Shown one piece after another: positions 8,073-14,955 of a stretch of 15,425 bases of DNA. Within the stretch, counting starts at the first letter, position 1. Every line of letters begins with the position of its first letter. Source of the stretch: Methanocella sp. (GTDB lineage Archaea > Thermoproteota > Bathyarchaeia > Bathyarchaeales > Bathycorpusculaceae); contig JBLNCY010000037.1 in the NCBI GenBank assembly GCA_050261115.1, forward strand, positions 1-15,425. Direction: 5' to 3'. The position numbers were made by a program, and so were the translations under genes. The notes beneath the pieces were generated by a model. The model was not told the origin of the DNA. It did no database searches and was given only the letters and a program-made list of their open reading frames with translations.

Positions 8073-9051
8073 AGTGCTCCCAGCCTCGTGGCTCAATAGG
8101 GCGGTGTTTGCCATCGATTTCTAAGAAGACACCTTCTGTAGGGGTTGCTTTGCCGATAGGGATTAATGAGCCGTGAACGGTTTCGATAACTGCTTTGGCT
8201 TCCTCCCATTTAGTGGGCTTAATTGTTAGGACTAACTCGTATTCCTCACCGCCATAAAAAACCAGGTCTGCCTCATCTAAGCCATTTTGGTTAGCAAAGT
8301 CTTTGGCTTCTGGTGCAATGGGCAACCTGTTGATGATGAAGCCGATTTTGCTGTTTCGTGCCAACTCATGAAGCGACAAAGCCAGCCCATCACTGGAGTC
8401 CATAGAGGACGAGACATACTCATAGCCACGAAGAGCTAAACCCTCCCGTAACCGAGCCTTAGGACAATAAACCGCGTCAAGCACCGCGTCTCTTATTTGG
8501 GGGGTGGCTTTGGCTTGACCAGAGATTAATTTTAGCCCTGCAGAGGTTTTGCCGAATTCGCCAGTTACTGCTACTATGTCGCCTGTTGTGGCGCCGCTTC
8601 TGAGTGTCAGCGAGTTTAAGGCAGATCCAAAGAGAGAGACGCTTATGATTAGCTCGGAGGTTTCGTTTGTGTCTCCGCCAATTATATAGGCGCCGTATTC
8701 GCGTGCTCCGGCGTTTAAGCCATCGGCTATTTCGGTTACGGCTTTTTTGTTAGCTAACCTTTTGGGCAAGCCGAGGGCAACAACTGCGGCGGTGGGCATT
8801 ACACCTTTGGATGCGAAGTCGCTTATGTTCATGACGAGAGCTTTTCGCGCAGCTTGGAATAGGCTCATTCCGGGGGGAACGTCGGTTGAGGCTACGAGCA
8901 TATCGGTTTTTAGAATTGCCATGGAGTTTCCTATCAGGGGTGCCGCGGAGACATCGTCGCCAAACGGCACCGGCATATCTGGCATAGCGGTTAAGCGTTT
9001 ATGGATTATTTTGATTATTTCGTGCTCGCCTAAAGGTTCATGTTCACTCAA
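8038..9051 (-). CDS. thiL: Thiamine-monophosphate kinase
   Basis: LGEHEII, FGDDVSA, KTDMLV, NISDFASKG, IGGDTN, SSMDSSDGL, GGEEYELV, GWEHF. Likely TTG start at 9051 (ORF track extends to 9096). The 3' end overlaps trmY by 35 nt, convergently. Confidence 0.95.
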   Translation of the reverse strand: MSEHEPLGEHEIIKIIHKRLTAMPDMPVPFGDDVSAAPLIGNSMAILKTDMLVASTDVPPGMSLFQAARKALVMNISDFASKGVMPTAAVVALGLPKRLANKKAVTEIADGLNAGAREYGAYIIGGDTNETSELIISVSLFGSALNSLTLRSGATTGDIVAVTGEFGKTSAGLKLISGQAKATPQIRDAVLDAVYCPKARLREGLALRGYEYVSSSMDSSDGLALSLHELARNSKIGFIINRLPIAPEAKDFANQNGLDEADLVFYGGEEYELVLTIKPTKWEEAKAVIETVHGSLIPIGKATPTEGVFLEIDGKHRPIEPRGWEHFKSQSAGPKYS

Positions 9052-9178
9052 GCCAGACCAGCCATATGGCAAATGGTGAACCAACCAAATAAACAAACCC
9101 TAGGCGGCTGTAGCTTAAACCAACAGTTTTAAAAATCCCTAGTGCTCTCAAATACGCACTGAAGCAGACAGTTATGGT

Positions 9179-9255
9179 GCCTCGATGGCTCAGCCTGGTA
9201 GAGCGGCTGCCTCGTAAGCAGCAGGCCGCGGGATCAAAGCCCGCTCGAGGCTCCA
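9179..9255 (+). tRNA. tRNA-Thr(CGT), intron-less, CCA encoded
   Basis: Acceptor stem GCCTCGA/TCGAGGC, D-arm GCTC..GAGC, anticodon arm GCTGC-CTCGTAA-GCAGC, T-arm GCGGG-ATCAAAG-CCCGC, discriminator T, then CCA. TTTTAAAA promoter-like box at 9127-9134. Confidence 0.95.
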
Positions 9256-9359
9256 CCTATCGTATTGGGGAGGTTGCTTCTTTTTGGAAAACGTTTTAAG
9301 CGGTCTGCTTTAATTGGGCTATAGCCTACGTACCTGTTTGGCCTCGAATGTGAATTATA

Positions 9360-10532
9360 TTGGCGACGGAAAGCTCCAATAACCCCAAAACGTACAACCT
9401 TAAGCTAGGCTACATGCGTGCCCTAACCGTTATAGCGGTTGTTTTGGTGCATGCCCAGTTTGGCGGTTTACATGTTACGCCGGTGACGGGGGTGCTGTTT
9501 GAATGGTTTTCGCCTTCGTTTGTTATGCCGATTTTCCTCTTTATCGCCGGATACTTCTTCTATGAAACCCCCAAATTGTTAGGTTACCTAAAGAAGCGGT
9601 TTAAGCGGCTGGTTGTTCCCTATTACTGGTGGAACCTTGTTTACGCGGCTATTTTTTTGGCGGTTACTTCTGCGGGGTTGCTGCATTGGACTAACACAGT
9701 AAACTTGACTACATTTCTTGTGCAACCGTGGATAACGGGCGAGCAGTATGCGTTTAATTTAGCTGCTTGGTTTGTGTTGGCGCTTTTTTTGGCGCAAGTC
9801 GCTTTCGCCTTGATTCGCATGGTGTTTTCCAAGTTCAGGGTGACCAATGAGTTTGCTGTATTTGCCTTCTTTATGATCCTCGGACTGGTAGGCGCTTATC
9901 TGTATAGCTTGGGTTATAGGGATTCGTTCTATCTTGTCTTGAACCGAACCCTGTTTGGTTTGCCCTTCCTACAATTAGGCTACCTGTATAAGACACATCT
10001 GGAAAAATACGATAAACCCAGCCTAATCAGCATCTGCTTGCTAGTGATTGTGCAGGCCTGTCTACTCTACATTTACAATAACGATTTATCTTTTGATATG
10101 CTGCATGGGGACTTTAGAGGCAGGATTCTTCAGCCTTTCTTGTCTTCGTTTACTGGAATTTGGCTGTATCTGCAGGTTTCGATGTTGCTCTCAAAGCTGC
10201 TCTCGCCCACTAAGCTGCCTAGCCGCGTATTGCGGTATGTTGGGGATAACTCTTGGAGCATCATGTTCCATCAGTTCCTTGGTTTCTGGCTTCTGTCCAC
10301 TGTTTTCCTGTTTGCCGGATTAGACGGATTTAATGTGGTTGCTTATCAAACAGACATCTATTATCGCTATTTGGTTGGGGGCTATGCGCTTTCTGCGATG
10401 CTGTATGTTTTTGCTGGGCTCTTGCTTCCATTGGTTATTAGTTATTTAGTGATGAAGTTTAGGCGTAGAATCACAGCTTTAATCAAAAAGAGACCTTTCT
10501 TTCAAAAGCGTTATCTTGATGAATACGACTGA
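9360..10532 (+). CDS. Acyltransferase-3 family (OafA-like) integral membrane O-acyltransferase
   Basis: About 10 TM segments; R-ALT...VVLVH in TM1, FVMPIFLFIAGYF, KKRFKRLVVPY, AWFVLALF, YVGDNSWSIMFHQ. Confidence 0.88.
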   Translation: MATESSNNPKTYNLKLGYMRALTVIAVVLVHAQFGGLHVTPVTGVLFEWFSPSFVMPIFLFIAGYFFYETPKLLGYLKKRFKRLVVPYYWWNLVYAAIFLAVTSAGLLHWTNTVNLTTFLVQPWITGEQYAFNLAAWFVLALFLAQVAFALIRMVFSKFRVTNEFAVFAFFMILGLVGAYLYSLGYRDSFYLVLNRTLFGLPFLQLGYLYKTHLEKYDKPSLISICLLVIVQACLLYIYNNDLSFDMLHGDFRGRILQPFLSSFTGIWLYLQVSMLLSKLLSPTKLPSRVLRYVGDNSWSIMFHQFLGFWLLSTVFLFAGLDGFNVVAYQTDIYYRYLVGGYALSAMLYVFAGLLLPLVISYLVMKFRRRITALIKKRPFFQKRYLDEYD

Positions 10533-10780
10533 TTTGTAGCGAGGAAAGTAGGTTTCTATGCCTTTTTACGACTTGGGACACTGCAAAGCCTGCGGTTAAA
10601 AGGTTGTTGAACGATGGGATTCCGACGGGATTTTGGCTTTCTCGTTATTATTGATGGATACTTTTGCATCCAGAGATAGGGCGGAGTCTTTTTTGTTCAG
10701 TCTTCAAACCCTAACTATAGTATTGGGGGGTATTCAAGGGGAGACAAATATACTTCTGCTGATTAGCGCTAATTGCAGCC

Positions 10781-11524
10781 TCAGCTTTGCAGAAAGCCCG
10801 TCAATTTAGCCACATCGTACGGTGGCAATCCAGAATAGTACTTGCCGAAATAACCAAAAACATACACGCCCCCCTCAAGGTGGGGGCGAAGTTTTTCTGC
10901 CCAATCCTGCAAATCCGTTGTTTTGTCCACCTCAATTTTTCCTTTTAATCCGTTTACGGCTTTGCGGTTTCCTTCCCAGCGCATATAGATAAAATCCGCT
11001 GTGACTTCCAATGGGTTATCGAAGGCTTTTTCTGTACTCGCGAACGCTACCCCCTGTTGCTTTAGGAAAGCGATGAATTGGGGGGTTAACCAGCTTTTAT
11101 TTCGTACCTCAACAACAAAGCGGTGCTCTTTAGGCAGCTTCTGCAGGTAATCCGCTAAATCAGGGAAATGCGCTGCAGTATAGGTTGGTGGAAACTGTAG
11201 CAGTAACGGACCAAGCTTATCACCCAGCAGCTCTGCTCTTGATAGAAAAACCGCTGTTTCCTGCTCACAGCCCTTTAGTACCTTGACATGCGTTATGAGC
11301 TGGGGAAATTTCAACGCAAACAAGAAACCCTCGGGCACTTGCCGTCGCCAATTCGCTACGGTTGATTGGGTCGGGATACGGTAGAAGGTGCTGTCGACTT
11401 CCACCGTGTTAAACTGGGTTGAGTAGTAGGCTAAAAAGTCTTTTGCTGCGGTCTTGGGTGGATAGAAGGGGCCTTTCCAGAAGTTATAACTCCAGCCAAT
11501 CGTACCCAAATGCAGCTTAGGCAT
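10781..11524 (-). CDS. DUF72 (YecE-like) TIM-barrel protein
   Basis: GTIGWSY..W.G.FYP, YYSTQFNTVEVDSTFYRIP, FALKFPQLITH, LGPLLLQFPP, VEVR..SW. Start overlaps the ligase stop by 8 nt (ATGCCTAA). Confidence 0.92.
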   Translation of the reverse strand: MPKLHLGTIGWSYNFWKGPFYPPKTAAKDFLAYYSTQFNTVEVDSTFYRIPTQSTVANWRRQVPEGFLFALKFPQLITHVKVLKGCEQETAVFLSRAELLGDKLGPLLLQFPPTYTAAHFPDLADYLQKLPKEHRFVVEVRNKSWLTPQFIAFLKQQGVAFASTEKAFDNPLEVTADFIYMRWEGNRKAVNGLKGKIEVDKTTDLQDWAEKLRPHLEGGVYVFGYFGKYYSGLPPYDVAKLTGFLQS

Positions 11525-12974
11525 CGTCGTCTTTCCCTTTAAGCAGCAACCAGTTCTTATTATCCTCAGATTTCTTTAGGCGAACCAGAACATAGGTCCC
11601 ATGCAAACGCTCCCCGCTAAGTTTGACCTCAATCTTGTCAGGCTCCCAAACCTTAGTTTCAAAGTGACCCTTATCCCAGATTTTAACTGTGCCTGCACCG
11701 TATTGGCCTTCAGGGATTGTGCCTTCGAAGCGGGCATATTCATAGGGGTGATCTTCTGTTTCAACCGCTAAATGTCGTACTTTTGGTTCCTCGGGTACGC
11801 CTTTGGGAACTGCCCAGCTTTTCAGAACACCCCCGCTTTCTAGCCTAAGGTCCCAGTGGAGGCGTCTGGCGTGGTGCTCTTGGATGACGTAGATGTGGGG
11901 TTCTTTGTTTTTGGTGGTTCCTGTGGGTTCGGGGGTTGATTGGAAATTACGTTTAGAAGCGTACTCGGATAGCTTTTCGTCTGGGACTTCTGCAGGTTTA
12001 GATGCTTTTGTTGATGCTTGTTCACCGTTTAGTTGGTCTAATGTGCATTGCTCGGGGGATTTGTCGTCTCTTAACCGTTTGAAACGTGCCATTCTCAACC
12101 GTCCATCCTTTGTTACTTGTTGATAGGCTACCTCGCAGACAAGCCGCGGTTTAAGCCAAGTCACAATATCGCCTTTCTCGCCACTAAAAGGCGCCTCATC
12201 AGTAGTTATTTTCTCAAACTTATCAATTAAGATTCTCAACATCTGCTCAGTAAACCCCGTCCCAACTTTACCAACATAAACGGGCAGCTGATTCTCATCA
12301 TAGAGCCCCAAAACAAGCGCCCCAAAAGTTTTTGCCCTAACATTCTCACCGCGGGTATAGCCAAAAATGATGCAGTCGCAGGTTTTGAGCTTCTTAATTT
12401 TAAGCCAGCTGCCCGTGCGTAAGCCTTCCTCGTAGCAGCTATCTTTCTTTTTAGCCACCACACCCTCTAAACCCTTCTCGAGCGCCAAACCAAAATACGC
12501 TTCGCCCTTCTCCTCGATGTAGTCACAGTGCAAAACGTTCGGACCCTCCTTAAGGGCGCTTTTTAGGATTTCCTTGCGTTTCATCAACGGCAAATCAATC
12601 AGCGATTTACCGTCTTTTTCCAGAATATCAAACACAATGTAGAGGGCGGGGGCACGCTGCGATTGACGCTGGATTTCACCCTCAGAGACAGCTTGACCCC
12701 GCTCAAGCAACGCCTGAAAATCCAATGCACCATGCTGCATAATCACAATTTCGCCATCAACAACGACATTCTTTGCTAGGGCGGTTAGTTGCTGGAGTTC
12801 AGGAAAGTTTTTCTTGAGTTCTTTGCCGTTGCGGCTCCGAAGACTAAAGGGCTCCTCGACGTAGGCGATTGCGCGGAAACCATCCCATTTAATCTCAAAA
12901 ATCCAGTCGGGATGGCTAAAAGCGTCTTTGGCGGCTAGGGCAAGCATGGGTTTGTAGTAGCGGTTGCGGCTCAT
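11517..12974 (-). CDS. ligD: LigD-type ATP-dependent DNA ligase fused to a C-terminal LigD 3'-phosphoesterase (PE) domain
   Basis: Ligase motifs: I EIKWDGFR (Lys29), III VDGEIV, IIIa VFDIL, IV EGVVAK, V WLKIK, OB domain, VI RFKRLRDDK. After a linker, PE from about aa 335: YASKRNFQSTPEP, VIQEHHARRLHWDLRLE, LKSWAVPKG, LAVETEDHPYEY..FEG.IP..QYGAG.V.IWD.G. Confidence 0.95.
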   Translation of the reverse strand: MSRNRYYKPMLALAAKDAFSHPDWIFEIKWDGFRAIAYVEEPFSLRSRNGKELKKNFPELQQLTALAKNVVVDGEIVIMQHGALDFQALLERGQAVSEGEIQRQSQRAPALYIVFDILEKDGKSLIDLPLMKRKEILKSALKEGPNVLHCDYIEEKGEAYFGLALEKGLEGVVAKKKDSCYEEGLRTGSWLKIKKLKTCDCIIFGYTRGENVRAKTFGALVLGLYDENQLPVYVGKVGTGFTEQMLRILIDKFEKITTDEAPFSGEKGDIVTWLKPRLVCEVAYQQVTKDGRLRMARFKRLRDDKSPEQCTLDQLNGEQASTKASKPAEVPDEKLSEYASKRNFQSTPEPTGTTKNKEPHIYVIQEHHARRLHWDLRLESGGVLKSWAVPKGVPEEPKVRHLAVETEDHPYEYARFEGTIPEGQYGAGTVKIWDKGHFETKVWEPDKIEVKLSGERLHGTYVLVRLKKSEDNKNWLLLKGKDDDA

Positions 12975-13816
12975 TTCTGCTGTTCCAACTGCTTGAGCGT
13001 CTCGCGCAGGGCTACCATAAGGCCCTTAGCTTCAACCTCGGGGGCTTTCTCGACAGTGATTTTTTCACCCTTCAGCTTTTGCTCCACAAGCGCCTGAACC
13101 CGCTGCAGATAAGTGTCTTGGAACTCGGTTATGTCAAAATCGCCCGAAAGGTCAGATACTATTTTTACCGCTAAATCTAACTCGGGTTTGGGGGGTTCTT
13201 CAAGTTTGCCTAGCGTCTCAAAATCCCTAGGATCAACAACGTCATAGGCATACCGCAGCGTGGTCAGGACTAGGGCACCTTTGTATGTGTGTAGGAGGGC
13301 GGGGTACTCTTTGGTGCGAAGAGTGATGCGTCCGGCGCCGGCTTTGTTAGTACGCTCTAGAGCTTTAAGAAGCAGGCTGTAGGCATCTTTGCTCTTGTCT
13401 GGCAGAAGCGCGTAGGTGCGGTCGAAGTAGATGGGATCAACCGAGAAGTAGTCAACGAATTTGCTTATGCGAATCCGCTTATCTGACTCCGGCTTAACCG
13501 CATCCAACTCTTTCTTTTCAAAAGTTATGTACTCGTCTTTGGCGACTTCATATCCGCGGACAACCTCGTTCCAGGGGATAATTTTGTCTTCTTTTGTGCA
13601 GACTTTTACATACTTGACGGGTTGTCCGTCGGTCTTATGTAAGAAATGAAAAGATATGCCCTTATCGTAAATCATAGAATATAACTTGACGGGTACGTTG
13701 ACTAAGCCTATAGTGATAGATCCCGACCAAATCGAGCGGCTAGGCGCGGGGGCGCTGGTTTTAGCTTCCTCTGGTTGCTCTACGCTTTCTGGGCTCGGCT
13801 GTTGTTCTTGCGACAT
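12971..13816 (-). CDS. ku: Prokaryotic Ku DNA-end-binding protein
   Basis: RSIWSGSITIGLVNVPVKLY, VVRGYEV, VDPIYFDRTYAL.P, AYSLL..AL, FQDTY...V..LVEQKLKG, LMVALRETL. The stop overlaps the ligase ATG (ATGA). Confidence 0.96.
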   Translation of the reverse strand: MSQEQQPSPESVEQPEEAKTSAPAPSRSIWSGSITIGLVNVPVKLYSMIYDKGISFHFLHKTDGQPVKYVKVCTKEDKIIPWNEVVRGYEVAKDEYITFEKKELDAVKPESDKRIRISKFVDYFSVDPIYFDRTYALLPDKSKDAYSLLLKALERTNKAGAGRITLRTKEYPALLHTYKGALVLTTLRYAYDVVDPRDFETLGKLEEPPKPELDLAVKIVSDLSGDFDITEFQDTYLQRVQALVEQKLKGEKITVEKAPEVEAKGLMVALRETLKQLEQQK

Positions 13817-13818
13817 AA

Positions 13819-14712
13819 CTATAACTCCAACTCACATCGGAACTCAAAGATATCCCGCCACGGATTTACAGCCCGCTTTGGGACACTAAAAAGGGTGTAA
13901 TCAGTGGGGTTTAACCCTTTCTTTAACTCGCGCCACTCAAGCGGCGTCGAAACGGTGGCTTGCGGCGTCGGGCGCAGACTATAGGGGATGACCATGGTTC
14001 GCATGGGGGAATTCTGCAGGTAATCCACAAACACCTTTCCCGGTTTCTTGGTGTCTTTAAACTCGGAAACCACCAAATCACATTGCTTAGCAAGTTCGAT
14101 GCCGACGCTATGAACAAACGCCCTGACCTCCTCAAAACCGTACTTGGGCACAATGGGTACAAGCACATGCAACCCCTTCTTACCCGAGGTCTTAACAAAA
14201 GAAGTCATGCCCATAGCCCGCAAATTATCATGCAAAAGCAACGCTACCTCAGCGGCATCATCAAGCGACGCAGGTAACTCCGGGTCCACGTCAAAGAAGA
14301 GGAAGTCAGGCTTGTCCATATCCTGCACAGTAGCAAACGGCATATGAATCTCCAGTGCAGCCATATTCGCCAGCCAAATCAACGTATCCAAATCATTGCA
14401 GACAATATAGTTTACATCCCGCTTTGACGTAGGAGAATAAATCGCGTAGCGCTTCACCCAATCCGGCGTACCCTCTGGCGCGTTTTTGGCAAAAAAGCTG
14501 GCTTTACCTAGTTTGCCATCTTTTATACCATCAGGGTACCGGGTTAATACGAGGGGGCGGTTGGCGATTATGGGGAGTATTTTGGGCGCCATCTTTATGT
14601 AGTACTCAACGACGTGGCCTTTGGTTACATTGGACTCGGGGTAGAAGCATTTGTCAAGGTTTTTGAGTTGCACCTTAGTTAGGCCGCTGAGATCTTTTAG
14701 ATCTTCCATCAC
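13819..14712 (-). CDS. Stand-alone LigD polymerase domain (archaeo-eukaryotic primase superfamily, NHEJ Pol)
   Basis: NLDK.FYP...TK..V.EYY, RP...TRYPDG, FFAKN, catalytic FDVDP, KTSGKKGLHV, KVFVDYLQN, PYSLRP...ATVSTPL.W.EL. Ends 2 nt before the Ku ATG. Start is GTG 14712 or ATG 14709. Confidence 0.95.
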   Translation of the reverse strand: MMEDLKDLSGLTKVQLKNLDKCFYPESNVTKGHVVEYYIKMAPKILPIIANRPLVLTRYPDGIKDGKLGKASFFAKNAPEGTPDWVKRYAIYSPTSKRDVNYIVCNDLDTLIWLANMAALEIHMPFATVQDMDKPDFLFFDVDPELPASLDDAAEVALLLHDNLRAMGMTSFVKTSGKKGLHVLVPIVPKYGFEEVRAFVHSVGIELAKQCDLVVSEFKDTKKPGKVFVDYLQNSPMRTMVIPYSLRPTPQATVSTPLEWRELKKGLNPTDYTLFSVPKRAVNPWRDIFEFRCELEL

Positions 14713-14955
14713 ATTTGCACCAAAACTTATAGCTACACCTAGATATGGCGACAGGATGGTTTTACTCTTTCCTAAACCGGCGGCACAGAAAGTTCAGGGC
14801 TGACACAAAAAGAGGCAAAATACAGGTCAAAAAACGAATTCTAGCACAGTTACACCTATATAGGATGCAAGTCAATAGTTAAAACTGCAGAATTTAATCA
14901 AGAAAAAGTAAATTCTACGCATGTTTGCTTTTTTCAAGATAATTCGCTAACCTAG

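Noticed and set aside
10560-10640. Minus-strand peptide PVGIPSFNNLLTAGF resembling the N-terminus of a RecA/KaiC-type ATPase
   Set aside because: Too short, no start codon in frame and no Walker A motif follows; could be chance.
243-14712. Functional link between topo VI (makes transient double-strand breaks) and the NHEJ operon
   Set aside because: They are separated by about 8 kb of unrelated genes and a tRNA; proximity alone is not evidence.
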